A DNA stretch of 63,733 nucleotides, the filler included, from Octopus bimaculoides (lineage: Eukaryota): NCBI RefSeq assembly GCF_001194135.2. It is 6 parts of 6 records of this genome, joined end to end, with 100 filler letters (N's around TTAATTAATTAA, not from the genome) between each part and the next. Parts side by side here need not be neighbours in the genome. Positions count along the whole stretch, not along the records: positions 1 to 18,249 come from NC_068984.1; 5 more parts are not named here. The stretch is one strand, 5' to 3'. Under the pieces are notes generated by a model. That model saw only the letters and a list, made by a program, of their open reading frames with translations. It did no database searches and was not told the DNA's origin. A program made the translations under genes and the position numbers. Positions 1-12,973 of this stretch are shown piece by piece (position 1 is the first letter of the stretch; each line of letters opens with the position of its first letter).

Positions 1-906
1 CACCACCACCACCACCAACAACAACAACAGCGACTACGACAACAGCACCACTGCTACCACACCATCGACGCAGACGAAGCCTCCACCCCACCTCACCCCC
101 ACCAAGTTCATCGCCACCATTTACAACAACATACCATCACGTTCATTAACCACTTACAACACACGTTACTACTACATCCATGAAACCACTAACAACAGAT
201 ATTCGACATGAGCCAATGTGGGAGGAACACTCAGATCTGTTAGAAATAACAGCGAAGTTCCTTAAAAACACCTTACTTAAAAAATAGTCAGTGATGGACA
301 GGGCTGGAGTGTGTTATATCTTAAGTCGGTATAATCATCAGAGTTGACCTAGGGCTAACATAGCAACAGTTATACCCCTGTATAAAACTAGTGTTACACA
401 GCAACAGTTATACCCCAGAAAAAAACCTACACCCCCATCTATCAAATACTACTACTACCACCACTACTATTCATACTACAACTAACACAACACCACTGGC
501 ATCACAACCGATGCTGTCATTACAAGAACATGATAACAATAAAAAGACAAATAGCACCAGCTTGTCTTTTTTTTTCTTCGATCAGTCGCAATAGCAACAG
601 CAACATGCACATTTTCGCAACCATCCTTGTCAATAGCACCAGCTTCGTTATGACCACCACTTCTACCACCACCACCACCACCACCACTACCACCACCATC
701 ACAACAATCACCCATACCACCACCATCGACACTGTCATTAGTAATACAATCAGAACCATTATCACAACAGTCGCTAAGACAAACACCAGCTTAACCACTG
801 CCATCAACACCACCACTACCACCACCACCACCACCACCGCTATCATCTTCTTCCCCCACAATCACCACCATCCATACCATTGTCGTCGTCGTCATAGTCG
901 TTGGCG

Positions 907-947
<41 letters not shown>

Positions 948-1090
948 GCAACTCACCCCATCACCACTACCCACATCACCATCATAAGCAAGACCCCCTA
1001 ACATCACCAAGCGCCACCAGTATCAAACCACCACCACAATAATCTTCCTTATCATTACCATCCCCCTCCTCCTCCTCCTCCTCCTCCTCC

Positions 1091-1125
<35 letters not shown>

Positions 1126-2309
1126 TTCTTCGACATCGTCACCACCAGCAACACCCACCATACCGAGCTCATAAGAGAACCTCTACATGGTCACTAGCCA
1201 GCTAGAAATAGTTATAAAAATCTCCCGCAAATCACTTCAAGCCATCTTAGAAAAGACGGAAAGGTAAAAGTTGTAGGAGCTACGGTCCCGACTAACCTGC
1301 GCGCAAGGGGGAGGGGGTAAAAAGATGGGATGGGTACGTTTGGAATGTCTTCGATTATTAAGCTACTCGATGGTAGCTGACCTGGGGCTAAACGATAACA
1401 TCGTTACCAGTAATCCCCAAAACTATATAATTGCATGTATTATCCCCTCGTATCATCTACAACTGTCACCCTACCATGACGTTACCAGCATTAACAGTAC
1501 CACCAACACTACCACCACAACCACAACCACAATCACTACCAGCATCAATAACAACATCAAAAACGCCATCACTGTCACTACCATCATCATCGTTAGCCTC
1601 TCTGTTACCACCACCACCACCACCACCACCACCACTACTACTACCGCAACCACAAGCACTACTGCCAATACCATCACCACTACCAATACCATCATTAATA
1701 TCACTGCCAAGACCATCACTTACACCAAGCCTACAATCATTACCACCACTACCCCCACCATCGTTACCGCCGCCATCGCCACCACTACTACAACCACAAC
1801 ACTACCTCTGTCTTCACCAACACCACCATCTGATTACAACCAGCACATTACCACGACTATCACCAATACCATAACCACTACCGTCACACAGCGACATTCA
1901 GCATTAATTACGACAGTCATTTCTATCGCCGCCACCACCACCACCACCACCAAATTCACCATTAGCGACTACTACCACACCCCTAGAATAGCANNNNNNN
2001 NNNNNNNNNNNNNNNNNNNNNNNNNNNNNNNNNNNNNNNNNNNNNNNNNNNNNNNNNNNNNNNNNNNNNNNATCACTGCCACCAATACTACAAGCACCGT
2101 CACTACTTTTACTACTACCATCTTTACTATAACCGCCACCGACGGTTCCACCGTAAATCCTTACTAGATTTGCCTTCACCACCACGACCACCTCTATCAG
2201 CGCATTAACTGTTCCACCACCAATCCTTCTACCACGAATCCATCCACTACAAATCCATCCATCACTCCCACTACCTCCAACGGTAACAGCATCGCCACAA
2301 GAACAACAG

Positions 2310-2355
<46 letters not shown>

Positions 2356-2914
2356 AGCAATACCACTACAACATCATTTCCACCACCACCACCACCACCA
2401 AATTCACCATTAGCGACTACTACCACACCCCTAGAATAGCATAGCCACCATCATCACAACAATTACCTCTTACTGTAACCATCACATATTGACACTACCA
2501 CCACACCCAACACTGTCAATACCACCTTCATAAACAATAGCATCATCACCATCACCACCATCACCACCACTACCACAATAACTATTACCATTCACGTTAC
2601 CACCACTACCACCACACGTCACTAATGCCACCAGCATCACTATCACCACAACTACTACACTACTAGAATCCAGCCCCCTACACATCACACATCAAACATC
2701 CTAGCACGACCACCACAACGAAACCCAACATCTCCACCACCACCTCCACCACTACCGCCACCATCAATGACACTACCGTCAATCATGTAACCGCCACCAC
2801 ACGCGCCACTGGTACCATCGCGACCAACGATGATATGACCATCACTACTGACATCACCGCCCCTACTTTCATCGTTACGTCACTTCGACTACGTTCACCA
2901 CCACCACCACCACC
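1..2914. repeat. C/A-rich compound trinucleotide low-complexity tract ((ACC)n, (ATC)n, (ACT)n, (CCT)n)
   Basis: Long runs of cac/cat/cta/cct triplets with G strongly depleted on +. This explains the Thr/His/Val-rich ORFs at 391-3090. Confidence 0.9.
1180..1395. mobile_element. Fragment of a dispersed repeat family (related pieces at ~215-360 and ~15895-15936)
   Basis: Motifs ctagaaatag..aaatctccc and gctgacctggggctaa resemble ttagaaataacagcgaag / gttgacctagggctaa at 240-358 and the reverse complement of gatttggctgctacttctagcagg at 15899-15922. Confidence 0.5.
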
Positions 2915-3013
2915 NNNNNNNNNNNNNNNNNNNNNNNNNNNNNNNNNNNNNNNNNNNNNNNNNNNNNNNNNNNNNNNNNNNNNNNNNNNNNNNNNNNNNN
3001 NNNNNNNNNNNNN

Positions 3014-3207
3014 NCAGAAACGTTAGCATGCCGGGCGAAATGCTTAGCGGTATTTCGTTTGTCTGAGCTCAAATTCCACTCTGAGTTCAAATTCCGCCGA
3101 GCTCGACTTTGTCTTTCATCATTTCGGGGTCGATAAATTAAGTACCTAATCGACTAGAACCCTCCCCCAAAATTTCGGGCATTGTGCCTAGAGTAGAAAA
3201 GAATATA
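3014..3207 (+). mobile_element. tRNA-derived SINE, family A (5' end lost in gap)
   Basis: Colinear with the full copy at 27698-27920: gttagcatgccgggcgaaatgcttagcggtatttcg, B-box-like gagttcaaattcc (locally duplicated), tttcatcatttcggggtcgataaattaagtacc, and tail cctagagtagaaaagaat. Confidence 0.85.
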
Positions 3208-3504
3208 TTCCATCTCTGAAACTATTTCCTTGACAACCTCCAATGTAAAATCTCTTCCCTGAAGATGGAGGTACGTCTCATCCTACGATGGAATCAATCT
3301 GCGAACATTATTTTGGACCACCGAGCCTCTAGGAACAACTATTAATTCTCAATATCATTTGTATATTGTCTAAGTCAGATCTATTTGTATGTAAACATAT
3401 ATACATTTTTAGCACTTCATGTATTTAATATATTTTATATATTGATCTGTCTAATTTGTTTTTCCTTACAGTTACTTATATGTTGACGTGTTTGCATCTC
3501 TGTT

Positions 3505-3648
3505 ACGTCGTAGTTCGGCACAACGGAGTGATAGAAGTACCAGGCTTACAAAGAATAAGTCCTAGGTAGATTTCTTCGACTAAAAGCCATTGAAGGCGAC
3601 GCTCCAGCATGGCCAAAGTTAAATAACTGAAACAAGTAAAATAATAAA
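3505..3648 (+). mobile_element. SINE family B, 3' tail fragment
   Basis: aggcttacaaagaataagtcct...cgactaaa...gctccagcatggcc...actgaaacaagtaaaa matches the tail of the copy at 60510-60973. Confidence 0.85.
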
Positions 3649-3650
3649 TG

Positions 3651-4527
3651 GCGAGTGTCTTCTATTATAGGCTCGGGCCGTACAAAGTCTTGTGAGTGGA
3701 TTTGGTAGACTGAAACTGAAAGTAGCCCGTCATATATATCTACTATATATGTGGAAAATTCTGTCCGTAGGTGTGTTTGTGGAGTTGTTAGCTAATTCCT
3801 CCAACATCGTTTTATAGATTTTTATGAAATTTGACACGTGAGTAGAATTCAGGCATACTCAGATTGTAAAAAAAAATCGATAATAGGGCCCCTGAGAGGG
3901 ATCCTTGTGTATATCTAATATACTTCATTTTAACTGCCAAGGAAAATAACCCATTCACTTTCCTAAATTATTTGGTATGAATAAAATTGAGTATGCTTAT
4001 TTCTTCGTATTTGAACTGTTAGAGTTATTCTCGCAGTTTATCCAATACAACACTAAAACAAGTAAATAGTATTTTCCTAAACAATAGATCCACTTATTTC
4101 AGTTAGTGACTTATTCACGAATATACCGACACTAGTGCCGTTTTAAGGGCTACACACTTTGTATTGCTGTTATTGGATTAGCGAAACAATTCTGAGAACG
4201 GAACCAAGGGATAAACCCAGCTTTCCAGAGAATTACCGAGTACGTCAGCTAGTTTTCATATATATACGTATATATGTATGTATGTATGTATTTGTTATTT
4301 GTGTCCGTGATTGAACCCCCCTCCCAATACACACACACACACAACATCGCTTGACAACCAGCGTTGGTGTGTTTACGTTCCCGTAACTTAGCGGTCCGGC
4401 AAAAAGGGGCATAGAATAAGTACTGAGCTTGCAAGGAATAAGTTCTGGGGTTGATTTGTTCGAATAAAGGCGGTGCTCTAGCATGGCCGCAGTCAAATGA
4501 CTGAAACAATAAAAGAATAAAAGAAAA
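3651..4527 (+). mobile_element. 5'-truncated SINE family B split by a Helitron-like insertion
   Basis: The CORE-like part ggcgagtgtcttc...gcccgtcatata (3651-3738) resumes after 4252 with the microsatellite, cttgacaacc..gtaacttagcgg.. and the tail ggcggtgctctagcatggccgcagtcaaatgactgaaac. Confidence 0.8.
3739..4252 (+). mobile_element. Non-autonomous Helitron-like element
   Basis: 5' A|TC start (atctactatatat..tgtccgtaggtgtgtttgt) and 3' ccgagtacgtcagCTAG|T end. Inserted between A and T with no TSD, splitting a SINE. Confidence 0.65.
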
Positions 4528-4539
4528 TGCGCGCGTGTG

Positions 4540-4572
<33 letters not shown>

Positions 4573-5671
4573 GGTAAGTAGCTTGCTTACCAACCACATN
4601 NNNNNNNNNNNNNNNNNNNNNNNNNNNNNNNNNNNNNNNNNNNNNNNNNNNNNNNNNNNNNNNNNNNNNNNNNNNNNNNNNNNNNNNNNNNNNNNNNNNN
4701 NNNNNNNNNNNNNNNNNNNNNNNNNNNNNNNNNNNNNNNNNNNNNNNNNNNNNNNNNNNNNNNNNNNNNNNNNNNNNNNNNNNNNNNNNNNNNNNNNNNN
4801 NNNNNNNNNNNNNNNNNNNNNNNNNNNNNNNNNNNNNNNNNNNNNNNNNNNNNNNNNNNNNNNNNNNNNNNNNNNNNNNNNNNNNNNNNNNNNNNNNNNN
4901 NNNNNNNNNNNNNNNNNNNNNNNNNNNNNNNNNNNNNNNNNNNNNNNNNNNNNNNNNNNNNNNNNNNNNNNNNNNNNNNNNNNNNNNNNNNNNNNNNNNN
5001 NNNNNNNNNNNNNNNNNNNNNNNNNNNNNNNNNNNNNNNNNNNNNNNNNNNNNNNNNNNNNNNNNNNNNNNNNNNNNNNNNNNNNNNNNNNNNNNNNNNN
5101 NNNNNNNNNNNNNNNNNNNNNNNNNNNNNNNNNNNNNNNNNNNNNNNNNNNNNNNNNNNNNNNNNNNNNNNNNNNNNNNNNNNNNNNNNNNNNNNNNNNN
5201 NNNNNNNNNNNNNNNNNNNNNNNNNNNNNNNNNNNNNNNNNNNNNNNNNNNNNNNNNNNNNNNNNNNNNNNNNNNNNNNNNNNNNNNNNNNNNNNNNNNN
5301 NNNNNNNNNNNNNNNNNNNNNNNNNNNNNNNNNNNNNNNNNNNNNNNNNNNNNNNNNNNNNNNNNNNNNNNNNNNNNNNNNNNNNNNNNNNNNNNNNNNN
5401 NNNNNNNNNNNNNNNNNNNNNNNNNNNAACATCAAGCTTTAGAAAGAGTAGCCAGACGAATGTGTGCGTGCGTGTGTGTGTGGGTGTGTGTGTGTGTGTG
5501 TGTGTGTGTGAGTGCGTGTGTGCGTGCGTGTGTGTGCGTGCATACGTGCGTGTGTGTGTGTGTGTGTGTGTGTGTTACTGTATCTATCAATATGTTTTTC
5601 TGTCTGTCTGCCTGTCTAGCTCTATATTTATACATGTATATATATGACTGAAACAAAAACATAAAATAAAA

Positions 5672-6013
5672 AGGGCAAGTGTCTTCTGCTATAGTCTCGA
5701 GCCGAGCAAAGTCTTGTGAGTGGATTTGGTAGACTGAAACTGAAAGAAGCCCGTCGTTTATATATATTCATATATATATATATGTATGTTTGTATGTATT
5801 CGTTATTTGTATCTGTGTTTGGCCCACCCAGCATCTCTTGACAACCGACGTTGATGTGTTTACATCCACGTAACTTAGCGGATCGGTAAAAAGTGTTCGA
5901 TAGAATACGTACTAGGCTTACAAAAATAAGTCCTGGGGTCGATTTGTTCGACTAAAGGCGGTGCTCCAGCATGGTCGCAGTCAAATGATTGAGACAAATA
6001 AATGAATAAAAAT
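5672..6013 (+). mobile_element. 5'-truncated SINE family B
   Basis: gggcaagtgtcttc..gaagcccgtcg, internal AT/GT microsatellite, cttgacaaccgacg.., and tail aaggcggtgctccagcatggtcgcagtcaaatgattgagac plus an A-rich end. Confidence 0.9.
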
Positions 6014-6339
6014 AATATATATACACTTGTTGAGATCACTTGATTTTTGTTTGAGTAACACGAAGCATATTGTCTTGTCTTGTAATGTATTACTGGGTCG
6101 GTACATACACACGTACATAACGCGGCACAAACATACATAGACCCCGCGTCACACACAACCATACATACGTATAATATACATATGTATATCTATATACATA
6201 TATGGACATAGGTGTATATATATAGATATAGCACCAAGACACTGAAATCTTTGAGTGTGTTTTGGGAAGAGGGAAATTGAAAGAACCTTGTTGTCTATAT
6301 AATAAGATACAAATATTTACGTAACTGCTGTTGCTGGGC

Positions 6340-6471
6340 TTAGATTCTCCGTAAACTACCGATTCGGCAAACGGTACCAATAGAAAAAGTCATTTCATTC
6401 CAGGAAGAATTCCAGGAGTCGGTGCCCAGCATGGCCGTAGCCTAATGGCTGGAAGAAATAAAACATAAACG
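6340..6471 (+). mobile_element. Decayed SINE 3' tail fragment
   Basis: gattcggcaaacggtaccaatagaa...ggtgcccagcatggccgtagcctaatggctggaagaaataaaa resembles the family B tail. Confidence 0.6.
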
Positions 6472-7499
6472 NNNNNNNNNNNNNNNNNNNNNNNNNNNNN
6501 NNNNNNNNNNNNNNNNNNNNNNNNNNNNNNNNNNNNNNNNNNNNNNNNNNNNNNNNNNNNNNNNNNNNNNNNNNNNNNNNNNNNNNNNNNNNNNNNNNNN
6601 NNNNNNNNNNNNNNNNNNNNNNNNNNNNNNNNNNNNNNNNNNNNNNNNNNNNNNNNNNNNNNNNNNNNNNNNNNNNNNNNNNNNNNNNNNNNNNNNNNNN
6701 NNNNNNNNNNNNNNNNNNNNNNNNNNNNNNNNNNNNNNNNNNNNNNNNNNNNNNNNNNNNNNNNNNNNNNNNNNNNNNNNNNNNNNNNNNNNNNNNNNNN
6801 NNNNNNNNNNNNNNNNNNNNNNNNNNNNNNNNNNNNNNNNNNNNNNNNNNNNNNNNNNNNNNNNNNNNNNNNNNNNNNNNNNNNNNNNNNNNNNNNNNNN
6901 NNNNNNNNNNNNNNNNNNNNNNNNNNNNNNNNNNNNNNNNNNNNNNNNNNNNNNNNNNNNNNNNNNNNNNNNNNNNNNNNNNNNNNNNNNNNNNNNNNNN
7001 NNNNNNNNNNNNNNNNNNNNNNNNNNNNNNNNNNNNNNNNNNNNNNNNNNNNNNNNNNNNNNNNNNNNNNNNNNNNNNNNNNNNNNNNNNNNNNNNNNNN
7101 NNNNNNNNNNNNNNNNNNNNNNNNNNNNNNNNNNNNNNNNNNNNNNNNNNNNNNNNNNNNNNNNNNNNNNNNNNNNNNNNNNNNNNNNNNNNNNNNNNNN
7201 NNNNNNNNNNNNNNNNNNNNNNNNNNNNNNNNNNNNNNNNNNNNNNNNNNNNNNNNNNNNNNNNNNNNNNNNNNNNNNNNNNNNNNNNNNNNNNNNNNNN
7301 NNNNNNNNNNNNNNNNNNNNNNNNNNNNNNNNNNNNNNNNNNNNNNNNNNNNNNNNNNNNNNNNNNNNNNNNNNNNNNNNNNNNNNNNNNNNNNNNNNNN
7401 NNNNNNNNNNNNATATATATATATATATATGTATATACATATATATTGTATATACCTATGTGAGCATGTATATGTGAGTATGTATATGTGCGTATGTAA

Positions 7500-7705
7500 A
7501 TACCTAGATAGGTAAATAGTTAGATATTCAGGTAGGTGGGTAGGTGGGTAGGTAGGTAGGAAGGTATACGGATAGACAGACAGTTATTCAAACAGACACA
7601 CATTCAGACAGAAAGATGCATAGATAAATAAATAGACAAACAGACAGACAGACAGACAGATAGACAGACAGATAGACAGACAGATAGACAGATAGATAAA
7701 TAGAC

Positions 7706-7744
<39 letters not shown>

Positions 7745-7752
7745 CAGACATA
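7500..7752. repeat. (TAGG)/(CAGA)/(TAGA)n tetranucleotide microsatellite
   Basis: Directly visible tandem tetramers. Confidence 0.95.
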
Positions 7753-8150
7753 AATGTTAATGATTTCATTTTCCAGCCTTAAATTGCGTTTATTCAGTAA
7801 TATTTAGTCAAATGACTTTTATTCTCTTTTTATTTAATTTGCATCATTTATCTGTCTACATACTTTACTATTTAGTCACACACACTCATGGCCACTAGAC
7901 TTTTCTATAAAGCTAGCAAGAGTGTTTACCTACCGTATGTCTGTGAATTATACTATACAGTGTAATTCATAAGTCCCTCTAGTATTGAATGAAGTGGTAG
8001 ATAAATATTTTTTGCTATTTTCAGTTTCGTTGTTTTCTTATAAATCGTTTTTACATATTCTTAACACCATCTTCCTCCAAGTATATATCTATATATATAC
8101 ATGCATACACACACACACACACACACACATATATATGTATATATACATAC

Positions 8151-8186
<36 letters not shown>

Positions 8187-8489
8187 TACGTGCATATATA
8201 TACATAACTGTGGGTACATGTAGGTATATATATATATATATATACACTCAATCATGCATATACATACATACATACAAACATACACACATACGTACATACA
8301 TACATACATACATACATACATACATACACGTATTGGTAATAAAGTTTAGAAAAATGCAATGTTTGTCCCGAAAGTGATGCAAGAGTTGCCATGACTTTTT
8401 TTTAAGGGCCATAGGTCATTGAAATTGCTCTTACAATAACTATTCTTCCTTTTCTCTTTACTTTTTATTGTATAGCAAGCAAAGAATAT

Positions 8490-9445
8490 GTTCACATGCA
8501 AATGAACGTACTGTTATTAACATGTTGAAGATTTGGAGAGGCCGAGTGGTTGACCTTCACAAAAGAATACAGGCTATTTACGAAGGTGATATCATTGATA
8601 ATGTTTAGTGATAGGTAATGAAATCGTTATATAAGATAACCAGTATTAAATAGAAAATATGTAATGGCAAACCACCAATTACACCCATAGACACAGACCT
8701 TCAGGGCGTGGCTATTTGATTCACGTGGGAAGAGAAGTCACCGAAGAAAATAAGAGAGTTTGGTTATGAGAAAGTGTCTGCAGATGGGTACCCAACTGTT
8801 GATACCCAATTAGAAGGAGGGTACTTCGAATGTTGATCTTATCAACTGGAAGCATTTAAAACCGAAGAAGATATGGTTTTGTTTTCGATCTGATAACACG
8901 AATGAAAATTGGATGTGTTTTGTAATCCGGAAATGAAAGCTCAGTCTATGAAACGGCATCGCACTGCTTGTCTATGACCGTAAAAATGAAAGAATCAGCT
9001 AGCTGTACAAAAGTCATAATGAGTGATTTGGGCAATGAAAAAAAACTCATTCTCCTTAATTTTGTGGAACGTGTCCCTACCGTGAACAGCGAGCTGTACG
9101 TTGAGAGACGCAAAATGTTTAAAGAAGCCATTAAGAGTAGAGACCAAACAAGAATGTAATAACGCCCACATTGACCATGAAATGCGCTACTATACGCAAC
9201 CTGGGTAACAATGAAGCGATAGGTTAATTGAGTTGGTCAGTAATTCCATCCACTGTACAATCCAGATTTGGTTTCCTCCAAATTCCACCTTGTTTCGTTG
9301 AATGAAACATAGTCTTCAGAGTGAACAATTTGATGATTCAGGTGAGGTGAAAGTGGCTTTGAAGAATTAGGTAAAGAAAATATGTTTGTATCTTTTCAAA
9401 GAGGATTCGAGAGTTGGGTTCAACGATGGCAAAAGTAAAATGTAA
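8490..9445 (+). pseudogene. Decayed mariner transposase (DD34D, irritans-like)
   Basis: Broken frames give FGYEKVSA(R)WVP(Q)LL (WVPHEL motif, ~8760-8800), PEMKAQSM, LILLNFVER..TVNSELYVE, and HPLYNPDLVSSKFHL (YSPDLAPSDFHL motif, ~9248-9290), ending WVQRWQK. Many stops and frameshifts. Confidence 0.8.
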
Positions 9446-9869
9446 ATGTTTGCCTTCTACAAGTATTCGAGAACAACTAGTTTAACTACTACTTGGGGTG
9501 GTCTGACGCAATGAATGGTGGTATGGTAAACGAGACACGAGAGTAAACGGAGGGTGGGAGCTGTAGGTATTAATAAATGCAATAGTGAGAGGGTGAATAT
9601 TAAGGAGGAAGTGACAGGTATGCACTGTAAGAGAGTGGTTGAAAAGAATAGCATTAAAAATTAACTTGACCTCAACTGACCTCAGTTGGTGGAAATTTAT
9701 ATTAACGTTAAGGTGACTTAGGTCATCCTGGATACACTATTTGTTATTCTCGCCTTTTCTTCTATGTATTTTCTTCTCTATTCTCACTAAAGATACGGGA
9801 GCGTCTCTTTGCTCACCATAGAATGAGAGATACATTTCTGTCTCCTGTATATTATAGAATTCCCCCCAA

Positions 9870-11045
9870 AGAATGATTACATCGATACATCGGTAAAAGT
9901 AAGTGACATACTAGAATACCTAGCTCTTTCGAGCATACAAAGACTGTCACATTAGTCTCAACAGAAACAAAAACAAGAGGTTTTGGTGTTACTTTTTGTT
10001 AGATCTCGAAAAGACCAAAGGGGCATTTGTCATTCAGACTGGTAGATGAGGCGCTTCGAAGGCATTATGGGTAATTATTGCCGTATCTGCATTCACAACT
10101 TCAGAGCTGCTAAGGTTGGGGAAGGTAATTATAACTGGTTGCACCATCTCAGTCATTCATGAACATGGTGATGAAGTCAGCAGAAGTAGATTGTTCAGAT
10201 TCTCAGACAAAGTCCAGAGTACAGAAACCACCAGGCTTTACGAAGAACTTGACTAAGAGCTTCATCAATAGGTGGTGGCAGTCGGATTCTACAAGGTCTT
10301 GAGAAGCTTCAGTAATAGATAAAAACGAACTTTAAAGCACCAAATCTAAGATCCCCCAGCTGAGAAAACAAATGGGAAAATTCCACTTCCCCTTATCAAA
10401 AATCAACCACCACGACTTTGAACAATCAGTCAAGAAAAACATTCTTCAATGCAATATGAAGGATAAAATAGCAAAACCAGCAGAAACCTTGAGGCTTAGT
10501 TTGTCAAGGAGGTCAAATCTAGTTTACCTGGTCATTTCAATGCTTAGATATACTATCATACCATCCTTTCCCTGTCACTATATGAGATTAGTTTATCAGT
10601 TGTGGTCTCCTGAAAAAGATGATCAGCAACTTTTTTTAGGAAGAAAGGGACATTATGAGAAAGGGACATTATGAGAAAGGGACAGACCTGGGCTGCTTTG
10701 CGAACAGGTAGATCAGCAACAGCAAAAAAGAAGCCACATTATTTCCTTTACGAGGTGCGCGTACTTCTGGGGGAAGCACGAGTTACTAAGTTGGTGGGAC
10801 TCAGTCACCAAGGAACTTGGCTAAGGTAGGTCAACATAGAGAAAAGGAATATCCCTTAACCCAGGCTATCTGTGTTACCGAATCAAGTTTGACAAGCCTT
10901 TACGCTTAGGGTAAAAGTGAATCAATCAGATGGGCTTTCTCTGCAGGAAGAGGACCCCTTCAGCAAATTCTCAGCAGCTTGACTAATGACCATTATCAAT
11001 GTTGTCGTGATCTGGTTACGAAGACTGTTCAGAGTGTGTTGCCAA
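9870..11045 (+). pseudogene. Decayed non-LTR retrotransposon RT plus CCHC region, HERO-like (R2 group)
   Basis: Fragments KNDYIDTSV, EHTKTVT, LDLEK..RLVDEALRRH, TGCTISVI..MNMVMKSAEVDC, ILQGLEKL, SSLPGHF, RVTKLVGLSHQGTWLR, GKSE, and LC.GRGP.QQILSS occur in the order I recall for HERO-clade ORFs. Confidence 0.7.
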
Positions 11046-12189
11046 TAGAAATTCAGTCAAGTAAAAGCCACTTCAGTTCAGTAAACACCACTTCAGTGCA
11101 GTAAACACACAATTTCTGTGAGATTCAGTTATGTGAAATTCAGTCCAGTAAACACACAAGTTATGAGAATGATCGGAATCCATCCTCATAACTTAAAAAA
11201 TACCATTTTTAGCTGTCACAAATTAGACTGTGGTTGCTTTCCGCAACCAGACATGTCAAATAGATATGTATCTTTTTAAACAACTGACATACTCTTGGAA
11301 AAATGAGAGACACATAAGAGAGAGAGAGCGGGGAGCATAGGTGGAGAAAGATAGAGACGAAACATTGATACAAAGGTAGGAGAGAGAGAGAGAAAAAAAG
11401 AGAGAAAGAAATGCAATGATGACATCGATTCGTTTAAATTTCCTCGTTATTTCCAACGGCAGCTTTTGGCTGGTTTACGGGGTTTTCAAAAATCAATGAA
11501 CATCACCGGAGTTGAAATAGCAATTGCAATCTTTAACAGTAATTTTTCAGCCAAAATATTGTTTGTTGTTGAAATGGATTAATCGTGAAATCGTTTAAAT
11601 ATCGGTTTAGCTTTCTCCCAGAAATATTTAAACAACGTGATATAGAGACTAGAAGCATTGAAACAATAATGTTTTCAGTAAAGCGTTATATATCTTGTCA
11701 ATGAAACACAATTTCATTGTAATTCTTTTTTTCAGTGACAATACACGGAGATCCTAATTCGTTAGTCATAATCTGAAATGCATATTGAGATCTCTACAAA
11801 ACTGCATTATATCACTTTGTGATAATAGCAAAGTATAGAGCGGGACGGATATCTGCTATATAATACAATATGCGGCATTCCTCCATGTGGTAGAAAGATC
11901 TGACAGAAATAACATCTAAATCACCTTCAATGTATATACGGATGTATGTATGAATATTTATGGATGTATAACACAAATTGGAAGCCACTGCGTGGCTCCT
12001 AGTCATCATAAAGTTGACAGTCAAATCTTTCTGAAACTACATCTAGCTGGCCTATGGGTAAAATAGATGAAAGCAGTAATGTAAAAGTCTGACTTCACTT
12101 TCAACCGTTATCGAAACGATTCCGTAAACTGTTCAACGTAAATGATTCATACTCTCACCTCAAATACTTTCCCCTAATTTATTTATTTA

Positions 12190-12405
12190 TGTAGCTAACT
12201 AGTTAGCTAGCTGGCTAGTTAGTTTGTTAGTTAGTTAGTTAGTTAGTTAGTTAATTAGTTAGTTAATTAGTTAGTTAGTTACATACTAAATTAGTTACTT
12301 ATTTAATTACTTAGTTACTTGCTTGCGTGCTTGCGTGCTTGCTTGCTTGCGTGCTTGCTTGCTTGCTTGCTTACTTACTTACTTATTTACTTACTCACTT
12401 AACTA
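12190..12405. repeat. Compound (TTAG)n/(GCTT)n/(ACTT)n microsatellite
   Basis: Directly visible tandem tetramers. Confidence 0.9.
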
Positions 12406-12941
12406 GTTCATTTTTACCATATTAAGATTTCGATGCTCTGAATTTCGTAGATTCCAGTTGCAGAAAGTAAATGAAGAAATGGAACAACAGATGAAAATTC
12501 CTCGATTTTTAAAAAATTTTTTCCTTCTGCATTTCCCTAGCCAGACATGATAGAAATTACAAAATACAGTCGTGCTTTTTTTAGACCATAGATTTCAGTT
12601 GTTGGTATATATCTCTGACCAATCAAGCACCTTGAATTGACACTNNNNNNNNNNNNNNNNNNNNNNNNNNNNNNNNNNNNNNNNNNNNNNNNNNNNNNNN
12701 NNNNNNNNNNNNNNNNNNNNNNNNNNNNNNNNNNNNNNNNNNNNNNNNNNNNNNNNNNNNNNNNNNNNNNNNNNNNNNNNNNNNNNNNNNNNNNNNNNNN
12801 NNNNNNNNNNNNNNNNNNNNNNNNNNNNNNNNNNNNNNNNNNNNNNNNNNNNNNNNNNNNNNNNNNNNNNNNNNNNNNNNNNNNNNNNNNNNNNNNNNNN
12901 NNNNNNNNNNNNNNNNNNNNNNNNNNNNNNNNNNNNNNNNN

Positions 12942-12973
<32 letters not shown>

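Noticed and set aside
391-3090. Mucin-like Thr/Pro/His-rich ORFs (e.g. 1325-2167, 280 aa)
   Set aside because: They arise from stop-poor trinucleotide repeats open in several frames on both strands, start inside a repeat fragment, and span gaps.
11046-11160. Short repeated cagt(t/g/c)cagtaaacac motifs resembling a spaced array
   Set aside because: Irregular spacing, non-unique spacers, a eukaryotic context and no cas genes; a local tandem repeat, not CRISPR.
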